64,000 bases of DNA from Octopus vulgaris (Eukaryota), in NCBI GenBank assembly GCA_951406725.2, contig OX597814.1:167400001-167464000 (forward strand), read 5' to 3'. Positions 1 to 13,158 of this stretch are shown here, piece by piece. A program made the translations under genes and the position numbers. Under the pieces are notes generated by a model that was not told the origin of the DNA, did not search any database, and saw only the letters and a program-made list of their open reading frames with translations. Each line of letters begins with the position of its first letter. The first letter of the stretch is position 1.

Positions 1-242
1 ACATATCATCAGCCACTAAGAGACATGCTCAACTGGTTGTGGTCAAGCAAGTGACAAGCAATGCTATGATATTGAGTAGAATATTTACTGTAGCTCATCT
101 TTTATACCATGACAAAATATGTACATGTACACTGATGATCAGTTAAGATCAGAAGCCATGAGAGCCTGGTACTGCTATTATTATTTTTATTAATTATCTG
201 TTTTGGTCAATTTAGATTGAAGAACATTTCATTGATGATTTC

Positions 243-434
243 CTATTTCTTTACTGTCTCCAAGGGGCTACACACAGAGGGGACAAACAAAGACAACCAG
301 ATTAAGTCGATTATCCCCGAAAGGATGAAAGGCAAAGTCGACCTCAGCGGAATTTGAACTCAGAACATAGCGGCAGACGAAATACCGCTAAGCATTTCGC
401 CCGGCTTGCTAACGTTTCTGCCAGCTCATTGCCT
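243..434 (-). mobile_element. tRNA-derived SINE, same family, internally deleted
   Basis: Reverse complement of the 37953 element. Confidence 0.85.
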
Positions 435-2129
435 TTCATTGGGGTTTAGTTCACTTGTGATCAAATCATTGATGATTTCCTGTAGTATAATAAAAGAAGA
501 GTTTGTTGAGTGTTAGTTACCTTTGTAGAACATCACCAGTTTCCTCAGAATCCTGGATTATCCTAGTAATAGAATGCTTTATCTAAAAATGACAGGAGAA
601 GGTGGGCTTCAGAAGACCCATCAAGCCAAGTGAAATTGTAGCTGTGGCTGTTGTCATATAAATGGCACCCATGGAATCGTAATCATGGCCGTTGCCGGTA
701 GCATAATCTTTGAATGTTTGGCCTCAGAGGAAAGGGACAAGGTAGTGAACCATGATCTTCGAATGTTGTGCTTCACAGAGGCAAGGAAAAGTGACCGAGA
801 CCTTGGTGATATGCTGTGACTGAGAAGACTTGCCAAGTCAAGTGAAACCATAGTCGTGACCGTTGCCAGTGTCATGTAAATGGCACCCATGTTGGTGGCA
901 CATAAAAAGCACCCATCACATTCTTGGAGTGGTTGGCATTAGGAAGGGCATCCAGCCACAGAAACCATGCCAAATCAGATTGGAACCTGGTGCAGTTCTT
1001 CGGCTTACCAGTACCACTCAAAGCGTCTAACCCATGCCAGCATAAAAAGTGGATGTTAAATGATGAAGTAAAATTTGTTTAGGAAGGGAGACAACTCTGC
1101 TATAGACATTTTAATATTGTTTCTACAATTGTAATATACATGTACATGCTAGTGAGACCCATGGAAATTTCACAGAACGAAAAAGATTTAGAGAAGTTAT
1201 TTAAGAAAGGAAGGATGATTTGCATTTTTATTTTGCTAAGCTATTTCACTTCCAGTCACAATAATATATTATATGATTTTAAAATTTCTCTCTGCTTAGC
1301 ACTTTCTGTTTACCTCTTCAACAAACTTTAATCATGTAATTCCCTTCTTCATGTCTTTAACATTTCTCTCTTTCTCTTCATCTTTCACTTCCACTAGTCA
1401 CATGAATGACAGCATAATTCAGCAGCTGGCTATCGGTTCTCTCACTCACTCTCACATTGCCTCTTCGTCTTTCACTCCTCCTCCTCTCTAATGAACTAAA
1501 GCATAAAGTGTGAATGAACAGGTAGAAGAATAATATTATAGATTTAGTTCAATAAAAAAAAATACTTTTCACTATCAACACACCATCACCATCATCACTA
1601 TAGTTTTCAGTCCAGCTGTTTGTTTATATTTACTCTGACAATGCAAAAACTATCTGCCTTTCTCTCTCACTCTTAATATAACTGCCTCCCCTGTCCATCT
1701 CTATCTACCTTTCTTTAACCTCACCACCAGAACATCACTCTCTGCTAAATATTGTATCTTAAACATATCTCTTTCTCTTTACCTTTCCCTTCCTACCCTA
1801 CAGCACATCATTAACATTTCTCTTTCCCTCTTTCCTCTCACTATCTTGTTCTCTCACTCTTTACCTCTCCCTTCAAGTAACCACATGGTGCATTTGGCCT
1901 TATTATACATCTTTCTCTACTTCTTCCTCACTTCTTCTCTACTAACACTCCTCCCTGTTTCACTTTTAATCCACTCCACCTCTCTAACTAAGGTATAACA
2001 GGCTAATGAAAAAGATTATTATATTTAATCGGTATTAGGGTTGCTAAGTGATTTAAGGTGTCAATGAATATAACCCTTAGCCCTTGTGTCACTCTCTCAC
2101 TAATGTTGATTAATAACATATATAGGTAT

Positions 2130-2845
2130 CCAGGGTTCGGTGAATATATTGCCATCTATATTATGCATAAATAAAAATAACACTGACATCTCATTTTAAG
2201 AAATATATTTACCAAAATTACATTAAAATATCTTGAAATACTAAAGAGTAAATTTATTTAATAAAATCACCTTTAGCTTCAACCAGCCTCTGGAATCTCC
2301 TTCATCCACAGACTTCAGAATCTCTTGTAACTCTTCTGGACAGTCTCCTTGTTTAAGTTGGTCAATGCTGCCATAATTCTTGCCTTCAGTTCATCTTTGG
2401 TGTTACTCAACTGCACCCCACACATAATAATCAAGGGGGTTGCAGTCTGGGAAGTTAGGTGGCCAGATGAAAGGGGTGATGTGGTCACAGAAATTGTCTG
2501 ACAGCCATGACTAGATTCTCCTGCTGGTGTGGCATGGTGCAGAGTCCTGTTACCAGACAGGTGCTTCCAGTAGCCACCCTTTTGACCCATGGCAGCACTA
2601 CCTCCTCCAAGCACTTGATGTAGGCCTCTGTGTTGAGTCTGGGGCTGTGTGGGAAGATGAATGGAGGCATAATATTACCATCACTAGTGATCACTCCAAA
2701 CACCATGATGTTGACAGGATGTTTGATTTTTATTGGTACATGTTTGGGGGACCTAGCAAGCCAATGACTGTTCTGTGTGTTCACCATCTATTTGTATTGG
2801 AGCTTCTGGCATGAATGCCGAGCAGTACAGCATGTTGTTTCCAAA
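2130..2845 (-). mobile_element. Tc1/mariner (maT/DD37D-like) transposase remnant
   Basis: Frameshifted translation HPVNIMVFGVITSDG...LNTEAYIKCLEEVVLPWV and WPPNFPDCNPLDYYVWG; TIR-like CAGGGTTCGG at 2131. Confidence 0.85.
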
Positions 2846-3335
2846 TTTCTAACTAAGTGAATTGCCTCATGGTTTTGTTTTTCTCACAGATCTAAATTTT
2901 AATAAGAATAATGTTCTGCCCACAATTAAAATCTTGAAGCTTTTTATTATTGGAAACAGCATGCTAATTACCAACTTCAGAAATTAAGCTTGTAGAAAAA
3001 CATTAATAACTTTCAGAGTATGAACGTTTTCACTACTATTATCACTACTAACAATAATCTAAAGTTTATTGTTATCTTTTATTTGAGTTCTGCTGTAAAT
3101 TTATTTCTGATTTAGCTCAAGTCATTTTAATATTTGGTAGGTTGTCATTGCAGAAATAATTTGCTGACTTCAAACTTGTGAGAAGAGAAGGTAATTTTAT
3201 TTTATGCCTTGTGGAAATGAAAGTCATAACTCATTTAGGAATACAATATTATTTTCATTATATTCATTTATTTTATTTTGATTATATTCACTTCTCTATT
3301 TTCATTTAAGTGTTTTATTTTTTTTTTATTTTCAG

Positions 3336-3469
3336 TGACTGTCAGCAAAATAAGATGGCTGCTATTAGTGTAAAGTGAAACTAATGAACAAACAATGCCT
3401 TTTTTACATGCAGTGGCTATATTGTCATACTAGTTACCCAAAACATCTCAAACGGAATGGATCTTGTTG
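3336..3469 (+). other. SCAP: Probable 5' UTR part of the first SCAP coding exon
   Basis: Polypyrimidine tract plus TTTCAG acceptor ending at 3335. An in-frame TAG at 3431-3433 means the CDS cannot start before ATG 3470. Confidence 0.6.
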
Positions 3470-3585
3470 ATGAAAATGTCAATCCAAGATCGTATAGCTC
3501 TTATTTACTACAACTATGGATTATTTTGTGCTAGTCATTCTTACTCAATTATTGGCTCAGTTTTATTTATTGTGATAATAGCATG
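3470..3585 (+). CDS. SCAP: SCAP coding exon 1 (MKMSIQDRIALIYYNYGLFCASHSYSIIGSVLFIVIIA)
   Basis: Resembles SCAP N-terminus (FYNHGLLCASYP); donor GTAAGT at 3586. Confidence 0.9.
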
Positions 3586-4545
3586 GTAAGTAATATTAGT
3601 AATTTTTTTCCCCATTATTTAAACTATTAATGTGTTTGTGTGTGTTAATATATAAAACAGTTTGTGTGTGTGCATATGTTCCTTATGAATTTGAAAACTG
3701 AGTTGCTGATTTTGACATATGAGGTATCAAAAGATTCAGTAATTTTTTGGCTACCGAATAAAGTATGTTTCTAGCACAATTCATTTTTAACTACAGAAAT
3801 AACCTCAAAAATAAGGTCAGATTGCACAATTTAGATGTCTTTATCTAAGGGAGGCAACTCTGCTTGAACAATCTTTGTTTTAGAGCATAATGAGAAAATG
3901 TTTAAAATATATGGAGTTTTACCAGGGAATGAAACTTCAAAGATATACTGTCAACTTTATTAATATTATTTAGTAGATAATCTTTTAATGTGAAGTATGT
4001 TTGTGTTTTGTTTAGCCCAGAGTTGTCTCTGTTGTAGCAGACCCTTCACATCCTTTTTTTTCTTCTTGAAATATTGTAAATCTGTGCTTTCTTTTGATGA
4101 AAGGGTGTATTTTAAGAGAGATTTGCCTGCCATTTGTAGTAGCTTAAGTTAACTTTGTGTATATCTGTGTGTTTTGCTGTGGTGAAAATAATTTTTTTTT
4201 TCCTGAGAATATTTTCCAAAATAATTTTTAAAGAAATCTGGACATCTTTCTTACTGCTCAACTTTATATTACAATTGTTAATTGTTGGAAGTCAAATAGA
4301 CATATAGTGTCATCATATAGAGTGGAAGTTCAATACTAAGTTTTGAATTCATTATCTTGTAGTTAGTAATCTATTACCTTAAATTTGAAGTCATTAAGTC
4401 TTTAAACATTATTTTACTGAGTTAGGTCTTTCGACTGTCGCCATGATGGAGTATCACCTTCAAAAATTTTATTGATCATATTAACCTCAGTATGTATTTC
4501 AATCTGGCATTTATTTTATAGATCTCTGCTTGATATATATTTCAG

Positions 4546-4693
4546 TTATCCATTGACCAAAGTGCCTCTTCCTGGAAATGCTCCACTAGAATATACTATC
4601 CCAATTCAGAACTTCCTGGAACAGAGGCAAATGACCTCTCATGGAAAAGATTATAGTTTACATGGAAAAGATCTAAAAGTACCACCACGATGG
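4546..4693 (+). CDS. SCAP: SCAP coding exon 2 (YPLTKVPLPGNAPLEY...PPRW)
   Basis: TTTCAG acceptor, GTAATT donor; matches CYPLLKLPLPG...PEW. Confidence 0.92.
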
Positions 4694-6094
4694 GTAATTT
4701 CTTTTTTGTTACTACTTGAATGTTTTCCATTTTTTATTATTTATATTTATCTTGTTTTTAATATTTTTCATAATTTTTTCATTGTTAGCTTATTCTGTGC
4801 ATTTCAGCAAATTTGTTTTCATAAAGTAACTTCATGCTTGTATGAGTTTTAGATTTCCCCCCACAGTGAAGAAATCTGCCTCATAACCACATGATTCTGA
4901 CTTTAATTCCACTACATATTGCCTAGGACAAGTACCTTCTCACATACTCTTGGGTCAGTCCAAGCTGTATGAGTGAAATTTGGTAGATATTGTGTGGACA
5001 CTTGTTAAATATTACCATCTGACCCTTACTTTCCTTTAGCTGAGCATTCTATCGCAAGCATTAAAAGTAGTTGTCTGATTTGTGGAAAAAAATAAGCACT
5101 ACTTCCTGCTTTTCTTCTAACTCTACCTCTTATTTCAAAGGCCTTGTAAATCATCTTGGGTGAGGCCCTTCATACTCTGACATGAAAAAAAAAATAACAA
5201 TCCCTGTCTTTCCATGACTAGTTTATACACAGAAACCCTCAAAACTGAAATATTTAAATTACACTCAAGAGTTCTTCTGATTCACTGAGTTTTTATTATT
5301 TGATGCAATAATAAATCTTTTCCCTGTTTTACATTGTTTTGAAACAATGGTAGTGACCATAAGATCATTACTTTGAATCCTACTAATACAGCAATTGTAG
5401 TGTTTCCTTGGGGAACCTCATAATTATGCTTGCTTTGGTGTATCTACTTGTACTTGATAGAAGAAGAAAAGACATTCAGTTATCCAAACATTGTACATAT
5501 GTACAAATTTTCAAAAAAAACTATGTACACATACTAGTATGGAACCAGTCTAGAGCAAAAAATAGTAATAAATAACACTAGCTTTTTTTTTCCAGACATT
5601 TTACTGTTATATCAAGATAATTATATAAGAATTGTTGAAGGTCGATAGCATATATGTGGGAAAGCGATATTGGGAATAAAAATTTGCTTGAGTGAGTAAT
5701 TCTAGGTAAAGGATTGGTGAAAACTTTATACTGAGTCAGCAAAGTGAAATGTTTAATAATGACGAAGAGGTGACTATAATGAAAATGTGTGTACTTATAG
5801 AGAAAACATAAATAAGAAAATAACAAAACTGTGTTGCAATAGGACAGTGGGTAACTTTTACTGCTAGCCCTTTGTCAAGCAACTTTCTTCAATACTTGTC
5901 TTACATTTGATTACAGTGGTTAGTCATTTACTTCTATAATTCCTGTTAAGTTTAAGTGTCTACTTCCTAAGGTAGGAGATAAGCATTTTCAAATTTTATT
6001 TTCCTTATCTTATAAATCTGGCCTCTTAAAAAATACAATTAATTATACTTTCAAAATTAAAGTAAAACCAAAGTTTTGATCTCTTATTTTTCAG

Positions 6095-6255
6095 TATACT
6101 GGTTCACCTTTTGGATATGTACAACAAATTCTTTTTAAAGGAACTGTAAAACCTTGGTTCCCAAAGAAAATGATACCAAATGATGCTTTTCGAGGACCCC
6201 TAAGTAAAGTGTTTGATGTCGTAGAAGAGTTAAATTTATTCAAATACTCTCACAA
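6095..6255 (+). CDS. SCAP: SCAP coding exon 3 (YTGSPFGYVQQILFKG...FRGPLSKVFDVVEEL)
   Basis: AG/GTAAGT boundaries; matches YVGAPVAYVQQIFVK...FRSPLS. Confidence 0.93.
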
Positions 6256-7226
6256 GTAAGTGTAATCTTATATATATATATATATATATATATATACTGT
6301 GCATTTCCTTTTACATTTATTTATGATGTTTGTCCATTAGTCAGAAAGAATACTCATTTGCCACAATAATTCATATATCCTTTTTTGAAACCCAAAGTTT
6401 ATTGGGTCAGTATTTATTTCTTGCTTTGGACAGTAAAATAAGGCATAAATCTGTTCCATACTTTGGATAAGTTATTAGTTGTTTTGCAAGCAAATGTCTT
6501 GAGAAGATTTAGAAACCATTTTGCAGTAGCTGCAGCCAGTCAAATTAAATATCCTGAGAAAGGGAACAAAAAGCACAAAGATGGAAATGAACCGGGAACC
6601 CAAGAGCTGATCATCTGATTTATTATCTGCTAATTCCATATTTCTTTAGAGCTTTCAACTAAACTATTGTGTAATATAATAATCATAGTTACTTGTTTAT
6701 ATTTGTAATTATCAGAAAAGTTACAGATAGGCAAATTGATACTGTGGTGGACGAACTACTAGCCAAAGAATTAATAGTTGGTACCTGACAGCCTACTTTT
6801 TGGAGACACTGTTGTAAGACCAAGAGATACCTGTAATTAGTGAGTGTTTGGATATTTTGAAATGCTGATTTTTGTGTCTTCTTAAGGCCTTAAGAAGGTA
6901 ACAGGATGTTATTATGTACTACATAGTATAAGATTAGAATCTCCAAACGCTTTGATATAGATTCAGGTTCTGGTTCTGATAATAATCTAGCCTAACATGT
7001 GGTAATAACTAAGTGGAGTATAGTTTCTATTCCTATATGTTAGTAGTTATGATGGGAAAACATATTTGAAGAAAATGTTCCAGAGACATTTAATTCAGGA
7101 GAAGTACTGGACAAAGTATGGGTCAGTAAATAGTAGAATCATGTTCATAAGCTTCATACAGGTGGTATAAAGTCTGCAAGTTCTGAAGATAAGACCATTG
7201 TAATAAAAAAAAATTGTTTTTTATAA

Positions 7227-7370
7227 CAATTGCAGCGTGGAAGGTGTTTATAAGCCATTTAAGAAACACACAAAAGCCGTTAGATTCACTTCAACATTTA
7301 AATTTAATTTGTCAAAATATTTTCGTCGCTTTGAGACCGCGACCTGTTCACTGACAAAACTCCATGCTCC
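7227..7370 (-). mobile_element. 144-bp non-autonomous element carrying the hammerhead fold (Penelope-like pLTR fragment inferred)
   Basis: Flanked by an 11-bp direct repeat GTTTTTTATAA (7216-7226, 7371-7381); CpG-rich relative to its surroundings. Confidence 0.65.
7308..7358 (-). ncRNA. Putative minimal type-I hammerhead ribozyme, G3-C8 core variant
   Basis: Minus strand reads UUUGUCA-GUGAACA-G-GUCGC(GGUCUCAAA)GCGAC-GAAA-AUAU-U-U-UGACAAA: 7-bp stem I, 5-bp stem II, palindromic AAUAUU stem III. Confidence 0.6.
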
Positions 7371-7545
7371 GTTTTTTATAATTATTCATAAATTTGTATA
7401 TTTTTTTTAATGAAATATCAAATATTTTTTATAACTTTGAAAAAAAAGCCATTACTGTCTTATAGAAATTATGTATTCAGTATTCTCAGTGATAACTATG
7501 ATGTTGGCAATTCTTTGATTTCTGTTTCTTTATTCTTTTTTATAG

Positions 7546-7683
7546 TGGCACAGACTTTAGTTTGCCTGATCTTTGTCTTCATATTTCTGAACCCGTTACT
7601 TCAAAGTCATTGTATCAATACTTGCCATCTTTCTCTTGCCTAATTCTATCTCCTGCCAATTTGTGGAATTCAGATAGTAACCA
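7546..7683 (+). CDS. SCAP: SCAP coding exon 4 (GTDFSLPDLCLHISE...CLILSPANLWNSD)
   Basis: TATAG acceptor, GTAAGT donor; matches LEELCLQV...CLLLSPGNFWQND. Confidence 0.92.
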
Positions 7684-8566
7684 GTAAGTAACAACTTCTC
7701 AATCATGTAACTATTATTTACGATATGTGTGTGTGTGATGTGTTTGTTGGTTGTTTTGTCTGTATTTTGGACTAAGATTATTTTTTGTGCATCCACTTCA
7801 AAGGCATTGATCAAAGGCATTACCCTGAGACATTCAATGCCTGATTACTAGATTGGAAGGTGGAAACTACATAGACTCCAGTTACGTGCATGTGTGTGTA
7901 ATTGTGTGTGCATGTATACACTTGTGTCTGAATACTTAGATTCTGCATCTTCACATGGAACATCTTGAGCCAAAACAGTGGCGTTATATTGACTTTCCTT
8001 GTTAACAAATTGTTTTGTTGCTCTATACTTTCAAAGACATGTAGAAGAAAAAATCCCTTGCCTGAAAACAAGTAAGGGTTAACAAAAGAAAGCATTCAGA
8101 TAATTTTTATCTGTTGTTTTACCTTGGTGTGTGGCAGAATGTTGTACTGTATATGCTTATATTTTCTTTCATTTACTAATTTTATACATATTCTCACAAG
8201 ATGACACCAAAAAATGCTAGTAGATAGTGAAATAATTAAAAAGAAGCATGAAATTCCAAATGAAGTTTTGTGACAATAAATCTGCTTTTTTTACAAAGCT
8301 GATCCTAACTTCTACTACTAAATACTATTGATCAACAAACTGAATAATTCCTTCATTTAGTGCAATCTAAAATGTTGAGATTCAAACTATAATAGTGTTT
8401 TTTTACTTTGAATACAAAAAAAATTTCAATAAGGAATCGTTCTCACTTTTTCCTTGTTTTTTTTTTTTTTTTTTTTTTTTTCTGCTGTAATTTTTTCACA
8501 CTGCTCCATGATTGATAATGTAAACGTGTTTACTAATGTGAATAATTTGTTGCATTTATTTTAAAG

Positions 8567-8646
8567 GTTTAAATCTGATGACAAGTTTATAAAAACTGTT
8601 ACACAAAAGTTTGGGCAACCATTAGACACTCCTCCGACTATTCAAG
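8567..8646 (+). CDS. SCAP: SCAP coding exon 5 (FKSDDKFIKTVTQKFGQPLDTPPTIQ)
   Basis: AAG acceptor, GTGAGC donor; phases 2/1 bridge exons 4 and 6. Confidence 0.85.
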
Positions 8647-10575
8647 GTGAGCATTTTTAGCATGTCGCTAATTAAAGCATTTGATTAATTTCATGGAGTT
8701 GAGAGTAAATAACAGCACAATTGAGTTAGCTTAAAATAAAATATTTCTAACAAGGAATATAATAAACAATTTACATGTTGGAACAGATGATGGCTGTCTG
8801 CTTATTCCAAAGAAACTTTTGTCATTTTATCTTGAAAGACATCATGTGTACATCTGTATTTCTATGAATTATATATAATTTAAACATTGTGTGAGAGATA
8901 ATAGCAATTCAATAAATTACTGGATTTAGTCTATCCTTGAAATTAGATAAAGCTTTAACTGAAAGAAAACATCATTGGAAACCAAATGTCCTCTTTGAAT
9001 AGTGTCTTTGAAGACTCTATTCAGAGAAGCAATACACATTTGATGTTTGGTATCTTGTAAGTGATGTCTGTATATGGGAGGTTAAGAAGGAGTAAAGGTT
9101 GGTATCATATGTATAGAAGTATGTGTTGTTTGTTGTAACAATGATAACCATTGATTTATGACTAGAAGAGTAAAGTAACACAAATATTTCCTAACCATGC
9201 AATATGCTAAAGCTGATAGATTTTGTTTCAAGTGAACTCCATGTGTACTATAATGAGCAATTTTAAAAGCTTTTGCCAAATTGAGACAGACATAGTGCAA
9301 AAGTGAACAATTTAACTTGGAGATTTGCAAGTTAGACACAGTTGAAGGACAACAATATTTCTTTTTTCTTCTATTATCTCAAGAGCAAGATTCTACAGAT
9401 GCACAATGTATAATGAGAAGTTATCTCACTAGAAGTATAGATTTGTGATTTGACCTTTGATACAAAGCCAGACAATATTATCCATGTTGATTCTGTCCTG
9501 GACTAACTTTGATAAATCTCCTTCAACCATTTTCAAGACTTCATTTTACGTTGGATCTTTCTTTTTATGATAGCTGATGGGGATAGATCTGCGCTAGTCA
9601 GTGTAGTTAACATCTTCCTTTACAACCCCATTAACTAAGAAAGTAATTAGCAGATGGCCTACTTCTTTCATCTCATTTACTTTCTCTGATGGATTGGATG
9701 CCTTCCTTGTTTTAAGTTTTTTAAATCTTCATCTTTATTTAACATCCACCTCCCATGCTATCATGGACAGTTCAATAGGATCCGACAAACCAGAGGATTG
9801 CATTGAGCTCCAATGTCTATTTTGGTATGGCTTCTACAGCTGGATGACCTGCCTAATGCCAACCACTTACTGAATGTATTGGGTGCTTCTTTTTATGTGA
9901 CATCAACATTTGTGAAGATCATCATAACTTGCAAGGCTTATGGCCTAAAGTAGGCCTCTATAACTAAGGGAGAATAGAGAGTGAGATAGTGTGTATGTAC
10001 AATAATTCTAGGCAGGATGATGAGGTAGGGTCAGATGAACAGAACATTTATTGTTGGAATTAGGTAGTAATGGATAGTAATATAGTAGGCACTAATTGGA
10101 GGATGGAATATGGCAAGGAAAAGGGAAAAGATCAGTGTTGGGTTATTGAAAAGGAGAGGCAGAGTGAAAAAGTGATAAGGCAGGTTGTTACAAAGAGCAT
10201 AGAGCTATCCTACATTCGTAGTTTTTGAAAAAATAATAAGTTCGTCTCACTGGGAATGATATTGAAAAGGAATGGCAATCAAAAATTGATATTAATATTG
10301 TTTTGTGTATAAACACTTATTGATTTTTGTTGTTCGTGTTTTTTTTTTTTCACACGATAAATGGCAATGAAATATTAAAGTTACTTCCAAATTAGATGGG
10401 CTTTTGAGAAAAAGTGTTTGCTATCATAACTAAACTGCTTTCATGTTGTAGCTCTATGAAATCTGAGTTGATGATGTTGCATTAAAAAAACAACTATAGG
10501 GACTAATATAAATATGAAGACAATTTTTATTTGCATTCTGACTACTAAATATTGTTGCTTATCCATAACTTATAG

Positions 10576-10690
10576 ATATACTCTTTGGAGTTCCTTGGAA
10601 AGAAACTGGTGTAAAAAGGTTTTATATCCGCAACCGACAGAGAATAATATCTTTTGCTGTTACCATCATCTTCAAATCATACAATCAAAA
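10576..10690 (+). CDS. SCAP: SCAP coding exon 6 (DILFGVPWKETGV...RIISFAVTIIFKSYNQ)
   Basis: TATAG/GTAAGA; matches DLLFGVPGK...VSYTITLVF. Confidence 0.93.
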
Positions 10691-12196
10691 GTAAGATTTT
10701 GTTGGGGTTTTTTTCTTTTCATTATTACATGTAATTTTAAAAATAAATGTACCCAAAAATGATTTGTTTCAAAATCTATTTTTATATTCTTTGAGTTACT
10801 ATTGTATTATTTAGTTTCTTGAAACTACCTCTCCTTGTCATCACCTGGTATAAACTTACCTTTCTCTGTTGTGGGTCCTGCCTTGCAAGTTACTTGGTAA
10901 CCTCACTAGAGCTGGTACCATATAAAAAGCACCCAGTACATTCTGAAATGATATTAGGAAGGGGATTTAGCTGTAGAGACCATGCCACCAGCATGGAAGA
11001 TGAATGTTAAATGATGATGAGATGGAGGGGGAAACCCATTTTTAAGGATTTTATTTTCGTTCAAACTTTGTTACTCTCATAAGTCTGATGTTTGTTTTAG
11101 CTAACTTATTCATTACCCTTCATTAAAGTTTGTAACTTAGTGTTGTTGATGAGAGACCATACATTAATAAGTGACTTCTTTTTTGTCTTTAACCTATAAT
11201 TAGACAATCTCATTAGTTCCTAATGAAACTTGGAGAACTGTAATAAACAGGAAGGTACTGAGAATTGAGACCTAATGGGCACTTATCTGCATGCTAAATT
11301 CTTCACTGAAATCATTACTAACTCTCACCTTGCTGAAAGCATCTATATGATGAATGGTGTAAATGAATGGCTCTTACATGTTGTCTATCTACACTAAGAT
11401 TTCTTAGTGAACACCAGACTACGAAGTATGTACCCTGTGAATGGTCTCTAAGTCTACAAGTACTTGGTGTAGTGAATTACTCTACGCTTAAACCTTTTCC
11501 TGTAGTTACCTCTCTAGAAAGACACCTTTGTGTTTTGACACAAAACCTAACTGCATTTCATATAAGTTAATTTCTTCGTAGTTGTTTTTATAACTTGGCT
11601 TATCAGTTTCATGCCTTTTAATCTCATCTAAGCTGATTCTTTTCCTAATCATTTGAGCTGAGACTCTTTCTGTTACTTTCATAACTTGGCCCATGATTTG
11701 GGTTACTCCTGTAATTGCTTCTTTTGAGAACATCTCTTCACATTGTCCTTTAATTCTACAGTGAGCATAACTAGTCAGTTCAATCTCTGGAATGCATATA
11801 TATATATTTAAAGCTATTTAGTTACTTTAGACATATCAAATGTTGCTGTTAAGTACTATTTGGTTTACACCCAAAAGTTTTAGCAAGTCATATAAATAAC
11901 CACAAAATATTCAGTTTTGAGCTTATTTAAAAAAAAAAATGAGTATGAATCAGAAATCAGCCAAAGAGGACTTGAGTTCCCTTTTGACTACTTTTCATGT
12001 ATGTTATATATCTAAGTCACCTACTGTTTTAAATTTGTTACCTTATAAACATTGTGTTACAGAATATGAGGATGCATATTAAACCATCAACATAGGATTT
12101 AACTTAAAGCAATTTTTAACTGCCAGACAATGAATATTTTGATATCCATAATGCATTCATTTGTATATATACGGTTTTTTTTCTTTTTCTTTATAG

Positions 12197-12378
12197 GTTC
12201 CATGAAAGTTTAAGACATAAGTTGGAAAAAACTTTACCTGGGCGTATCCATAATGCCAATAATTCAGCCATTAATCATATTGTCCATATTTATTTCAAAG
12301 ATATCAACTATTTTGTTGAGTACACTCCACTAATGGTTACCTACTTGGTACTTCTTTTATATATATACTTTTCTGTCC
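12197..12378 (+). CDS. SCAP: SCAP coding exon 7 (FHESLRHKL...IVHIYFK...YLVLLLYIYFSV)
   Basis: TATAG/GTGAGT; contains the YIYF motif. Confidence 0.95.
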
Positions 12379-13031
12379 GTGAGTAATTTTATTCTTGTTT
12401 TATTACTTATTCTAATTGCATTAGGTCTTTCAATAATTTACTGTTACACTCCTATTGCTTATAATTGAGTTGTGTCTAAATTGCAATTAATTTGTTTGAT
12501 ATTCATCGTTTTGCCCTCTAGTGATAAATATCAGTTAAACCATGTTGTTATTGCAACCTTAGGATTTTCTGTCACTTGGTCTGCTAGTAAAAGAACATCA
12601 GATGCTCAGTAACTGAAGCCAACTAATTTGTGTTTAATGATGAGAATTTATTTAGACCATAAGAAATGAGATTTTGGCAGCTATCAATAATTAATTGAAA
12701 GTTTATTGGAAATGTTCTATTATTTAAATCAGTGAATCATGCATTGTATGAATTTTGTTTATGTTCATGGAAGCAGTGATTTCTTCCTTCATAGTGGGAA
12801 TACCTTTTTATCAGAAGGACCTGTTAACCCTTTTGATACCATATTTCTGTTAAAATACACTCCCTTTATTTCAGTTCATTTTGAAAAATTTAGTAAAATA
12901 ACTTTTTCCTGCTGTTTAGAACATAAATTGGCATGAAATTTTGATGGAAGGTTTTAATTTAAATCACTTAATTTTTAATTGTATGTACATTTTTATTAGT
13001 CATTAACAATAATAATTTTTTTTTTTTAAAG

Positions 13032-13158
13032 GAAAAATCGAAATGGTGAAATCAAAATGGGGTCTCGCTCTAAGTGCTGTTGCTACAGTAATTGCATCCT
13101 TGTTAATGTCTGTTAGTATTTGTACAATGTTTGGATTGACAACAACGCTAAATGGAGG
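13032..13158 (+). CDS. SCAP: SCAP coding exon 8 ([19 protein letters not shown]...TLNG)
   Basis: Near-identical to the SCAP sterol-sensing domain; GTAAGT donor. Confidence 0.96.

Noticed and set aside
132-160. CTGATGA motifs at 132 and 44374 as hammerhead cores
   Set aside because: No stem II-GAAA-stem III-UH arrangement follows either.
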